From the IMG/VR virus record IMGVR_UViG_3300048073_000007: a stretch of DNA of 42,169 nucleotides; one strand, given 5' to 3'. Each line of letters opens with the position of its first letter. Within the stretch, counting starts at the first letter, position 1. A program made the position numbers and the translations under genes. This document shows, one piece after another, positions 33,517 to 41,525 of this stretch. Source of the DNA: a virus. A model generated the notes under the pieces. It saw only the letters and a program-made list of their open reading frames with translations. It did not search any database and was not told the DNA's origin.

Positions 33517-35265
33517 ATGGCTGAACTATTCACACTCCCGAAGCAAGTCCCGATCCAGTCCAGCGGTGCGCCGTGGGCCGGTGCAAAGGCGTACTTCTAC
33601 CGCGCAGGGACCACGACGGACCAGAGCGTATACACGGACGCGGCCTGCTCTGTCGCGCACGCCCAGCCGGTTGTGGCCGACGCTAACGGCGTATTCGCGC
33701 CGATCTACAAGAACCCGGCTGCGAGCTACGACTACCGCTTGCAGCTCAAGCAGAGCGACGGAACGCTGATCTATGACGTAGACGATGTGCCACGGTTCAC
33801 GCTCACGCAGGCACAGATCGGGCAGTTGTTCTATCCACGCACTGCCGCCGAGATCGCAGCAGGCGTTACTCCTACGAATTACGCCTATCCCCCTGGGGAT
33901 GTGCGGCGGTATGGGGCTGTTGGCGACGGCGTGACAGATGACGGCGCTGCAATTCAAACCGCGATCAACGTCATGGCTGTGGGCGGCGGCGTGGTTTACC
34001 TGCCAGCCAGCGTATACATTTTTGCGTCGCCGATCACGCTTGCAAAGAATGTCATCTATAGAGGCGATGGCAAATCAATTGATGTCGCCAAGAGTACCGT
34101 ACTGAAGTACACGGGAAGCAGCGATGCATTGGTCGACCTTCAGGCGATCAACTCATCGACACAAGTAAACATGCGCTTTGAGCACATGGCGTTTTATTAC
34201 GTCACGGCCACGGTGTCGGCCCTAAAGGGGATGTTCCATCTGCGTGGCTCAACCGGCGTCGATTTCGACGACTGCGGCATCTACGGCGGCGAATATGGGA
34301 TCATTGCCGATCAAGCCGAGCTTGTGACCGTTGATCGTTGCGACTTTGAAAACCAGACGACGGGCTCCATGTGGCTGGTCAACGGCGCCGAAAAGTCTGC
34401 CACGGCAAGCGAGCTATTCACAAACCGTATTTCAGTGCGGCGGAGCCAATTTAATAGCGACGGCACCGCAGCAATTATTGATGATGGCGGTGTCTCGCAC
34501 GTGTTTGAGGACAACAATTTCAATGGCTACGCGAGCCACATTCGCCTGTGCGGCGTGGAAGGATGCACGATCGCTGGAAACGAAATGGAGGTATCAACTG
34601 CCTCAATGATCGTGACGGCCGCAACGAAGTTTGGCGGCGCGGCGCCTGCGCTGACGAAGTGCCGCGGACTAAACATCTCAGCAAATTTCATGCTGCAGAC
34701 CACGGGCGATGCATGCGTGCATCTGGCGAGTGCCTCGGTAGCGTCGGCGCAAATTCTTGGCAACGCGTTGAGCACCACGAGCGGAGTCGCGCCGGTGTAC
34801 GGCGCCGAAAACGCGGACAAGATATTCCTTTCCGGCAACGTTCAGCGAGGGGGCGGGCTCGCGGTCAGTTACGATTGCGGCTACATGGAAGGGAGTTGGA
34901 CTCCCGCGCCACAATTCGGTGGTGCTGACGTAGGTGTGGCCGGCACGTTTGTCGGGCGTTACACAAGGATCGGCCAGCAGGTGACAGCCCACGGGTCCGT
35001 CACTTTTACCAATAAGGGGTCGAGCGTCGGGGCCATGAAAATCGCGGGGCTCCCGTTTCAGGCGGGCGGAATCGGGACGTTCCCGGCCGGTGTCGGCTAT
35101 GCAGCCAACCTCGCAAGCGCCTACCAGCTACAGCCGTGGGTGCAACAAAACGAGAGCGACCTAACGATGCAAAAAGGGAATCTTGCAACGACAGTGAACA
35201 TGACGGACGCGGACGTGACCGACACCACGCGAATTGATTTTGCAGTGACTTACACGGTCAACTGA
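33517..35265 (+). CDS. Tailspike with a pectate-lyase-like beta-helix domain
   Basis: VRRYGAVGDGVTDDGAAIQTAIN...GGVVYLPASVY is the pectate_lyase_3-type signature. Shares the N-terminal adaptor with the previous gene. Confidence 0.8.
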   Translation: MAELFTLPKQVPIQSSGAPWAGAKAYFYRAGTTTDQSVYTDAACSVAHAQPVVADANGVFAPIYKNPAASYDYRLQLKQSDGTLIYDVDDVPRFTLTQAQIGQLFYPRTAAEIAAGVTPTNYAYPPGDVRRYGAVGDGVTDDGAAIQTAINVMAVGGGVVYLPASVYIFASPITLAKNVIYRGDGKSIDVAKSTVLKYTGSSDALVDLQAINSSTQVNMRFEHMAFYYVTATVSALKGMFHLRGSTGVDFDDCGIYGGEYGIIADQAELVTVDRCDFENQTTGSMWLVNGAEKSATASELFTNRISVRRSQFNSDGTAAIIDDGGVSHVFEDNNFNGYASHIRLCGVEGCTIAGNEMEVSTASMIVTAATKFGGAAPALTKCRGLNISANFMLQTTGDACVHLASASVASAQILGNALSTTSGVAPVYGAENADKIFLSGNVQRGGGLAVSYDCGYMEGSWTPAPQFGGADVGVAGTFVGRYTRIGQQVTAHGSVTFTNKGSSVGAMKIAGLPFQAGGIGTFPAGVGYAANLASAYQLQPWVQQNESDLTMQKGNLATTVNMTDADVTDTTRIDFAVTYTVN

Positions 35266-35348
35266 TGCGCGGCCGCGCGCAATTTTGGGTGGCGCTGGCA
35301 ATCGCGGGAGTGCTCTACATGCTGAGATGTATTGTGCATGGATATTGA
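35265..35348 (+). CDS. Micro-ORF, 27-aa membrane peptide MRGRAQFWVALAIAGVLYMLRCIVHGY
   Basis: ATG overlaps the tailspike stop (TGATG). One hydrophobic span. Confidence 0.4.
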   Translation: MRGRAQFWVALAIAGVLYMLRCIVHGY

Positions 35349-35456
35349 ATACAGAATCGGTTAGCCGGCCCCGCCTTCCGTGTTCTCCCGCACGGGCCGT
35401 ATTGCGGTACGGGCTATCTCCCCCCGTGGGCGGGTGTCCGGCCTCGAGGTAACGCC

Positions 35457-35585
35457 ATGAAGCAGAGAATGAGATGGGCATTATTGATCACTTCCTTAGC
35501 CTCTTTCGCCGTAGGGGCCGCAGCGCTGCGCCTGCTCCTGTGGATGAGCAACCACGCGGTAATGGTGCGTTGCCTCGGCCAGTAG
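35457..35585 (+). CDS. 42-aa single-TM protein, holin/pinholin candidate
   Basis: GAGGT RBS 6 nt upstream of the ATG. MKQRMRWALLITSLASFAVGAAALRLLLW... Stops 2 nt before an in-frame GTG of the endolysin frame. Confidence 0.5.
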   Translation: MKQRMRWALLITSLASFAVGAAALRLLLWMSNHAVMVRCLGQ

Positions 35586-36004
35586 CGGTGTCGCACGTAT
35601 TCGATAAGCTCGTCCCCGAAATGCGCGTGATGGGCGATCGGTTCCTGCAGGAATGCCTGGTCCGTGGTCTGGATGTGCTGGTGTACTGCACCCTGCGTAC
35701 TCACGATGAACAGGATGCTCTCTACGCTAAAGGCCGGACGGAACCGGGCGATATAGTGACGAATGCCCGAGGCGGCCAGAGCGCCCACAACTGGGGCCTG
35801 GCCTTCGATGCCGTGCCGAGGGTGGACGGTAAGCCGGCGTGGAAAGAGCCTGTCAGCGGGGCTCTGTGGCAGTCCTACGGGCATTGCGCGAAGGTTGCTG
35901 GGCTGGAGTGGGGCGGGGATTGGCAGTCGTTCAAGGACGCCCCGCATTGTCAGATGCCTAACTGGCGTGATTACGTTAAACGGACAAAAGGAATCGACGT
36001 ATGA
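35474..36004 (+). CDS. Endolysin, peptidase M15 (L-alanyl-D-glutamate peptidase / VanY-like)
   Basis: SAHNWGLAFD and DAPHCQ metal-ligand motifs. The true start may be GTG 35588, which would remove the overlap with the 42-aa ORF. Confidence 0.85.
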   Translation: MGIIDHFLSLFRRRGRSAAPAPVDEQPRGNGALPRPVAVSHVFDKLVPEMRVMGDRFLQECLVRGLDVLVYCTLRTHDEQDALYAKGRTEPGDIVTNARGGQSAHNWGLAFDAVPRVDGKPAWKEPVSGALWQSYGHCAKVAGLEWGGDWQSFKDAPHCQMPNWRDYVKRTKGIDV

Positions 36005-36117
36005 ACATTGACGACATCAAGGGCGCCATCAAGGATTGGGTCGAGGACAACAAAGCCGTGCTGATTGCGGTAGGATCGGGCTTTCTGGCCGGGCTCATTG
36101 TCGGGGCTATTTTGTGA
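36001..36117 (+). CDS. 38-aa single-TM protein (holin/antiholin-like)
   Basis: ATGA overlap with the endolysin stop. ...AVLIAVGSGFLAGLIVGAIL. Confidence 0.5.
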   Translation: MNIDDIKGAIKDWVEDNKAVLIAVGSGFLAGLIVGAIL

Positions 36118-36320
36118 AGAAATTGCTTAGCTGGATAAGGAAGAACCCGCAACGGACTGCGGGCATCATCCAGGTGGCGTCTGGCTCTATCCTAGCGAGC
36201 CTCCCGACACTCGGGCTTAGCCAGCGCTCGATGTCGATCACGATTGCTGGCTTTGGTCTTGTGCAGGCGGTGTTCGGCTACTTAAAGAGTCAGGCTGATG
36301 CATCTCCGCATTCCTCCTAG
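36114..36320 (+). CDS. 68-aa two-TM protein (class II holin-like)
   Basis: GTGA overlap with the upstream stop. Two hydrophobic segments. Confidence 0.5.
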   Translation: MKKLLSWIRKNPQRTAGIIQVASGSILASLPTLGLSQRSMSITIAGFGLVQAVFGYLKSQADASPHSS

Positions 36321-36714
36321 CGGAGTGTAACTTGTTGTGCTCGGCGCGAGTCATAACTTGAAGGTTCCCGCAGTCGTTATTCCGCTTATTGCTGTCCTTA
36401 TGGTGCACGACTTCATTACTAAGAAGTTTTCTGCCGATGAGGTTCTCAATGATGGCCCTGTGCTCAAGAACATGTCGCCCGCTCATCAAGACCCGTTTGT
36501 ATCCGTGTTTATCAAAGGACACCCCACCTTTCCAGGAATGGTGAGCCTCTCCATTTTTCGGGCCGAGAGGGACGCCGTTCCTATGCTGCGCTATTACGCC
36601 GCACGAGCGCGAGCAATATTTACCCATGCCCTTCCTTACGTTAGTTACACGCGCATGGAAACTGTCTCCGCAAACGAGACATGCCTTCTGGATAGTAGGA
36701 GATCGCCCGCTCAT
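36238..36714 (-). CDS. HNH homing endonuclease, antisense within the lysis cassette
   Basis: HVLEHRAIIENLIGRKL...EVVHHKDSNKRNNDCGNLQVMTRAEHNKLH. Start is taken at the internal ATG 36714; the ORF is open to 36831. Its 3' tail overlaps the holin-like gene antisense. Confidence 0.8.
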   Translation of the reverse strand: MSGRSPTIQKACLVCGDSFHARVTNVRKGMGKYCSRSCGVIAQHRNGVPLGPKNGEAHHSWKGGVSFDKHGYKRVLMSGRHVLEHRAIIENLIGRKLLSNEVVHHKDSNKRNNDCGNLQVMTRAEHNKLHSARRNAEMHQPDSLSSRTPPAQDQSQQS

Positions 36715-36798
36715 GCGTAATTGTACCACATACTGGCTTGCAGCCTCCGCAGTGTTGACCGTCTGGCGTGGATTCGGTAACTCAGCGAGAGCGCCGCA

Positions 36799-37011
36799 AT
36801 GACAGACATCGCGCGCGAGATCGGCCGCCACGACGCCGACATCGACAACCTAAAGACCAACGTTCAGGCCATCCGAAAGGACCTTGACGAGATCAAGGAA
36901 CTACTCGCGCAGACACGCGGCGGCTGGCGTGTACTACTCGCGGTAGGGATGTCTGCCGGGACCGTGGGAGCGGCGTTCGCCAAGCTATTCACATGGAAAT
37001 TCGGCGCATGA
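36799..37011 (+). CDS. 70-aa protein with an N-terminal coiled coil and C-terminal TM segment
   Basis: ...GGWRVLLAVGMSAGTVGAAFAKLF. Lies within the lysis cassette. Confidence 0.55.
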   Translation: MTDIAREIGRHDADIDNLKTNVQAIRKDLDEIKELLAQTRGGWRVLLAVGMSAGTVGAAFAKLFTWKFGA

Positions 37012-37472
37012 TATGGTCAATCCTGACGAATCAGTACGTACGGCGGTGGATCTTCCTGGCTGTAGCGTTTGCCGCAGTCGCGTTTTGGGGCCATCACAAG
37101 TTCAATCTCGGATACGCGAAGGCTCGCGCGGAATGGGAGCTAGCGCAGAAAATCGAGAAGGTCAGGCACAATCAGGAACTGAAGGACGCGCAACATGCCA
37201 ATGAGCAGGAACTACAAAGCCTCCGCGCTTACCGCGATTCTAACCCTATCGGCGCTGTACGGCTGTGCGTCTCGCCCCGTCCAGTGCGTCCCGCAGGAGA
37301 GGCCGCAGACGGTGCCGGCGCCCCCGCCACTGGCATTCAGCCAGTGCCTGAGAGCGATAGTGGAGTACGGCCAGACGGGGGTGGACCAGACATCGGGGCC
37401 ATGCTCGCCAATCTGGCACTTGCTGCCGACGCCGTGAGCGCAGAACTCCGTGAGGAACAGGCCGTTAAATAA
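37008..37472 (+). CDS. Rz: i-spanin (Rz-like)
   Basis: N-terminal TM segment WIFLAVAFAAVAFW, then a coiled coil. ATGA overlap with the upstream gene. Contains an embedded lipoprotein ORF. Confidence 0.75.
   Translation: MIWSILTNQYVRRWIFLAVAFAAVAFWGHHKFNLGYAKARAEWELAQKIEKVRHNQELKDAQHANEQELQSLRAYRDSNPIGAVRLCVSPRPVRPAGEAADGAGAPATGIQPVPESDSGVRPDGGGPDIGAMLANLALAADAVSAELREEQAVK
37195..37437 (+). CDS. Rz1: o-spanin (Rz1-like) lipoprotein embedded in the +1 frame of Rz
   Basis: Signal peptide and lipobox-like LSALYGC, followed by a Pro-rich mature part. Lies entirely within the Rz gene. Confidence 0.7.
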   Translation: MPMSRNYKASALTAILTLSALYGCASRPVQCVPQERPQTVPAPPPLAFSQCLRAIVEYGQTGVDQTSGPCSPIWHLLPTP

Positions 37473-37683
37473 GCCCGTCCACGTCGAGAGCGAAAAATGG
37501 TACGCCCTCAATCCTTCCACAAAGGCGGAAAAGGGCGACCCGTGGACGGAAGAATGTTGCGACTGCGGCGCATGCCACGTGGTCAATTACAAGATAGAGA
37601 ACGGGCGCATTTGGGTTCAATACGTCTATGACAGCAAGTTGACCCGTGCCGCTAGGCGGCGTCGCAAGAGGGAGAGTGCTTGA
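37450..37683 (+). CDS. Small Cys-rich protein (77 aa)
   Basis: CCDCGACH motif and a basic C-terminus. Confidence 0.5.
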   Translation: MRNRPLNKPVHVESEKWYALNPSTKAEKGDPWTEECCDCGACHVVNYKIENGRIWVQYVYDSKLTRAARRRRKRESA

Positions 37684-38627
37684 AGGCTAAAGAGATTAGC
37701 GACGAGGATTTCATAGCAGCCTGGCGCTCGCTGGGCTCCCCACAGGCGGTATCTAATCACACAGGGATGTCTATCAGGGGCGTCTACAGCCGCCGTAATC
37801 GCCTCCACAGTGCCGGTGTACTCCTGCAGACCATAGATCCACGGGGCCGCGAATCCACTTACGGAGCGCGCATCAAGTTCGAGCGATCGCGCAAGTTCGA
37901 GATCAAGGACGGGCACGTTATCGTTTTCTCTGATCCGCACTTTTACCCGGATCACCGGCCGACAGGCGTTGATGCGCTAGTCAGCATCATCAAGGAACTT
38001 AAACCGCTTGCTGTGTTTTGCGGGGGCGATGCGCTAGATGCTACGCAATTGAGCAGGTTTGATCCAACTCGAGGCTGGCACGATCCGCCGTCAGTTAAAG
38101 AACAACTGCAATGCCTCGTTGACGGCATGGACAGGATCAAACGCGCGGCCGGGAAGGGCTGCATCACCGCAAAGACGCTCGGCAACCATACGGCCAGGTT
38201 CTCGCGTTATCTCGCTGTCAACGCTCCGCATATGGAGGACTTGCCTGGTACAAGGATCGAGGACTACATCCCGGCGTGGCCACTGTCGTGGACAATAGAG
38301 TTATCCGGGCAGATCCCCACCGTTATCAGGCACCGGAACCTCCCTGGGATGCTGCACATGCAGGCGAAGAATGCCGGATGTCACTACGTCCACGGACACC
38401 TTCACAAACTAAACGTTCACGCCATTCCGCAGTACGGGCGCTACATATTCTCGGTGGACGCGGGATCGTTAGCCGACCCTGAAACGGACGCCTTCGACTA
38501 CGCCGAGGGATCGCCGCCACATGCACAGGGGTTCGTCGTGTTGACGTTTAGGAAGGGCCGGTTGCTGTGGCCTGAAATCGTCAGCATTGTTGATGGCGTG
38601 GCATTTTTCCGTGGCCGCCCAGTCTGA
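37680..38627 (+). CDS. Calcineurin-like metallophosphoesterase with an N-terminal HTH-like segment
   Basis: Motifs FSDPH, GGDALD, GNH and GHLH. TTG start with GGGAG RBS and a TTGA overlap. Confidence 0.75.
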   Translation: MKAKEISDEDFIAAWRSLGSPQAVSNHTGMSIRGVYSRRNRLHSAGVLLQTIDPRGRESTYGARIKFERSRKFEIKDGHVIVFSDPHFYPDHRPTGVDALVSIIKELKPLAVFCGGDALDATQLSRFDPTRGWHDPPSVKEQLQCLVDGMDRIKRAAGKGCITAKTLGNHTARFSRYLAVNAPHMEDLPGTRIEDYIPAWPLSWTIELSGQIPTVIRHRNLPGMLHMQAKNAGCHYVHGHLHKLNVHAIPQYGRYIFSVDAGSLADPETDAFDYAEGSPPHAQGFVVLTFRKGRLLWPEIVSIVDGVAFFRGRPV

Positions 38628-38841
38628 CCGCATAGCTGAACTCGAGGCGGCCCTACGTGGCATTGCTTCCTGCGCTACCGCGTGCCCGTGCTGCGAAATG
38701 CACCAGAGGATAGCGCAGAAGGCGCTTACTAGACGCTCACCTCTGCCGGAACAACTTAGTCAGCTGTCGGAGTTCTACAGGCGCTTGCAGCCAACCTTGC
38801 CGAGCGCTGCGACCGAGAGGCCGTCCGCGCCAACGCCTTGA
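38593..38841 (+). CDS. Small Cys-rich protein (82 aa), last plus-strand gene
   Basis: RIAELEAALRGIASCATACPCCEMH. Overlaps the upstream gene by 35 nt. Confidence 0.4.
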   Translation: MAWHFSVAAQSDRIAELEAALRGIASCATACPCCEMHQRIAQKALTRRSPLPEQLSQLSEFYRRLQPTLPSAATERPSAPTP

Positions 38842-38891
38842 GGGACATGGCTCCACTCCCCACAGCAGACGGTTCCATGGACGTGCGGCGG

Positions 38892-39422
38892 TCATGGCTT
38901 CCCCTCCATCGCCTCGTCGATTGCGCCGTCAAGTGCGTCGCGGTTCAGGTCGCAAGTCCAATTCGGTGCCAGCCACTGCCGAACCTCCCATTGCATCCAC
39001 CGGGCGCTGCGGTCTGTGCACGCATCCCCGCGCAGCCATCGGTAACGCACAGCGTCCTTGCGCAGCTCGGCGTTCTCCGCGCGCAAATCGTTGTTCTCTC
39101 GCGTAAGCGTGTCGTTCATGGCGCGCTCGCTTTCCAGCGCATCAGGTGACGATTCAGCGCGTAAGCGGCGAGCGCGCTCAAGTTGCGCCGACGAGATTGC
39201 CTTAGCCGCGTCCATGCCGCTGATTGCGGCGGACGACTGCCTCTTAATCGCTTGCTTGAGACTCTCAATCTTCGCTTGCTGCGCCTCGATGTTTCGCAGC
39301 AGCGTGCGGCGGTCTATGTAAGCCATTTCGTGACTGTCCGGCAAGATGTGTGGCGGAAGCGGCGCGTAGCAGGCATCCCGCTCCCGTATATCTCGCTCAA
39401 TGTCGGCGTCGGTGAGGGTCAT
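38892..39422 (-). CDS. Ead/Ea22-like coiled-coil protein
   Basis: Central coiled coil and C-terminal RYRWLR motif. Confidence 0.6.
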   Translation of the reverse strand: MTLTDADIERDIRERDACYAPLPPHILPDSHEMAYIDRRTLLRNIEAQQAKIESLKQAIKRQSSAAISGMDAAKAISSAQLERARRLRAESSPDALESERAMNDTLTRENNDLRAENAELRKDAVRYRWLRGDACTDRSARWMQWEVRQWLAPNWTCDLNRDALDGAIDEAMEGKP

Positions 39423-39670
39423 GCTGGCGTGAAATCCACGTAGAATTTCTGCCCCTCCTCAAACTTGTCAAGCAGCATCGGGTTCTGAATACTCATCTGA
39501 AGGCTTGCGTTCGGCGTGCGCCAGTAGACCCAATCACCGACGGCGAGCAGCGGTTCGAGATCAGCGAACCAGCGACCGCCCGTATCTTTGCCATAGCACT
39601 CCACCAGCCCCCGCTCATCCGCATCCGCCCGTGTCGGCGGCTGCTCGCTCCACAGTTTCCAGTCGGTCAT
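39419..39670 (-). CDS. Hypothetical protein (83 aa)
   Basis: ATGA overlap with the downstream gene. Confidence 0.55.
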   Translation of the reverse strand: MTDWKLWSEQPPTRADADERGLVECYGKDTGGRWFADLEPLLAVGDWVYWRTPNASLQMSIQNPMLLDKFEEGQKFYVDFTPA

Positions 39671-39707
39671 GGCAGCACCTCAGCGATGTACAGCACGTCG
39701 ATGCGTC

Positions 39708-40226
39708 TCATGTCTGCTCCCCGAACGTCATCTGCGCGATGTCCGCAAACGCGCGGTATTGCCTGCCAGCAAGCGCGACACCGTGTGCTTTCTTCACCGC
39801 TGCGCGGAACTTAGCCAGCGTGCCAAAAAAGCACCCGGCGCGCACGTAGATGCCGTCCTCAAAGTTGAAGAAGTATGCCTTGCGAAGCGACGACGCGCTG
39901 CGGTCGAACGCGATGTAGGGATTGCCTGGCTTGGCTTTGTGGCCCTCGAAGCTGCACCGCTCGCCGAAGCTGCACCCCTCACCGAAGCTGCACCACTCGC
40001 CGAAGCTGCACCGCTCGCCGAAGCTGCACCCCTCACCGAAGCTGCACCCCTCGCCGAAGCTGCACCCCTCACCGAAGCTGCACCACTCGCCGAAGCTGCA
40101 CCGCTCGCCGAAGCTGCACCGCTCGCCGCAATTACCGACCAGACTGTAGTCGCCCGTCGGGCATATCTTGATACCGTCCGCGCCACGCGGAAACGCCTCG
40201 AACCCGGCCTGCGTGTATCGCTTCAT
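39708..40226 (-). CDS. Protein with 9 perfect and 2 degenerate hexapeptide repeats CSFGE[R/W/G]
   Basis: 172 aa. The repeats are flanked by unique N- and C-terminal domains. Confidence 0.8.
   Translation of the reverse strand: MKRYTQAGFEAFPRGADGIKICPTGDYSLVGNCGERCSFGERCSFGEWCSFGEGCSFGEGCSFGEGCSFGERCSFGEWCSFGEGCSFGERCSFEGHKAKPGNPYIAFDRSASSLRKAYFFNFEDGIYVRAGCFFGTLAKFRAAVKKAHGVALAGRQYRAFADIAQMTFGEQT
39939..40130 (-). repeat. 18-bp tandem repeat x about 10, in frame
   Basis: Coding-strand unit GG[C/T] GAG [C/G/T]GG TGC AGC TTC. The only non-synonymous variation is the first base of one codon. Confidence 0.95.
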
Positions 40227-40543
40227 GGCAGCACCTCGCGGACGTGGATGATTTCGCGCCCGTCGCCCATGCGATCAGTGATACTGCGCGCTATCAATTC
40301 GGTAGTGAACGCCTCCTGCCGCTGTTCGTTATCCGTGACGATCCACCACTCGCGCGGCTTCGGCGCGACGTTGCGGAGGTAGTCGTCCGCGTCGTCGTCA
40401 TTGAAGACATCCGCGTTAAGCGTCGGCGTCGGCGAAGCCCGCCATTCCACAACCACGGACCCGTCTTCGTGGACTTTTAGCACTGTTGCCGGAAGCCACT
40501 CGCTGCCAAAAAGAACTTGAACAGGCTTTGTCCAGTCGATCAT
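40223..40543 (-). CDS. Hypothetical protein (106 aa)
   Basis: ATGA overlap with the downstream gene. Confidence 0.6.
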   Translation of the reverse strand: MIDWTKPVQVLFGSEWLPATVLKVHEDGSVVVEWRASPTPTLNADVFNDDDADDYLRNVAPKPREWWIVTDNEQRQEAFTTELIARSITDRMGDGREIIHVREVLP

Positions 40544-40600
40544 TGCTATCTCCCGTTTCCCATAGTCATTAAACCTCGCGTTTGCCTTCCAGTCAACTGT

Positions 40601-40879
40601 TCATTTGTCCAGTATTCTCCCCTCGCGCAGCAGGATGGCTTGGGTACGAAAAACGCCGTGCGCAAAGGCTAACTGCACGTCCGGCGACTTATCGCTATCA
40701 ACGCGAGAGTGACAGGCGCTACAGCCCCATGACGCTATAACGTCAGGGCTCTTTTTGCCGATTCCGCTGATGCCTATCAGCCTGTAGTGGCACAGTACGA
40801 CGGTTTCAGGGTTGCCGTTGCAGATACCAGGGAGCCGTATCTGGCACTCCCGGCCTTTGGCGAGTTTACGCAGGTTCAT
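40601..40879 (-). CDS. YbcO-like protein (DUF1364 putative nuclease)
   Basis: LRKLAKGRECQIRLPGICNGNPETVVLCHYR...SACHSRVD closely follows the E. coli YbcO pattern. Confidence 0.8.
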   Translation of the reverse strand: MNLRKLAKGRECQIRLPGICNGNPETVVLCHYRLIGISGIGKKSPDVIASWGCSACHSRVDSDKSPDVQLAFAHGVFRTQAILLREGRILDK

Positions 40880-41276
40880 AGTTGAACCACTCAGGGTCCG
40901 GGTCTGGCACCACGATGCCGAACTCGGCCATTTTTACCTGTATCCACGCGATGTAGTCCGAGAACTCGCGCTTACTCATCCTCGCGCTACGACGGAGAGG
41001 CCGTAGGCGCTTCCTCCCGAGGCCCTCGACGGTCTCCCAGCCGTAGCACTCACCTAAACACCACTCGTGAACGTCTGCCAGCGTCCAGCCCTCGAGCCGC
41101 TCCGTGATGGCGGGATAGATCACGCCCCACAGCGCTCTATTCTGGGCGTCGCTGCGTTTCGGCTTCCATTCCTTGACATCGACCGACCACGCTTTGTCCA
41201 GCGGGAGCGCGGCGAGCTGCTTACCTAGCGCAGCCAGCCGTGCGTCGCGCGGGATGTTGGCTGGGAGGACGATCAC
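40866..41276 (-). CDS. ninB: NinB/Orf recombination mediator
   Basis: KRSDAQNRALWGVIYPAI and RMSKREFSDYIAWIQ parallel lambda NinB. GTG start overlaps the upstream stop (GTGA). Confidence 0.8.
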   Translation of the reverse strand: MIVLPANIPRDARLAALGKQLAALPLDKAWSVDVKEWKPKRSDAQNRALWGVIYPAITERLEGWTLADVHEWCLGECYGWETVEGLGRKRLRPLRRSARMSKREFSDYIAWIQVKMAEFGIVVPDPDPEWFNYEPA

Positions 41277-41425
41277 GGATCGAAGTCGCCGGCGTGTTGC
41301 TCCGCCAAGGGCACAGTCACGGCGACGCTGCCGCCGAACAATTCGGCGAAGCGCTCACGTGCCTGTGAGCACGCGCCAACGCGCGCCAGGTCGGCGAGCG
41401 TGAGAATGCGGGAATTGGTGCTCAT
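41273..41425 (-). pseudogene. Truncated duplicate (50 codons) of the 5' end of the 11-residue-repeat gene, fused to the ninB start
   Basis: Identical RBS and first 49 codons (MSTNSRILTL...AEQHAGDFD) as ORF 41526..42140, then Pro and a TGA that overlaps the ninB GTG. Confidence 0.7.
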
Positions 41426-41454
41426 CGGTTCAATCCTCTTTGTGTGCGTCGCGC
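41279..41454. repeat. 176-bp direct repeat, copy 1 (copy 2 = 41994..42169)
   Basis: Exact match by eye over all 176 nt. Confidence 0.9.
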
Positions 41455-41525
41455 AAGGCGCGCACGATTGCGTGGTTCAGCCGCCGCGCACTGTGCACAG
41501 CTGATTCGTGGTAGCGCCGAAGCTT

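Noticed and set aside
38842-38891. Bidirectional terminator between the convergent late and leftward operons
   Set aside because: Only a weak CCATG-N13-CATGG pairing is present, with no T-tracts. This is not enough to call a terminator.
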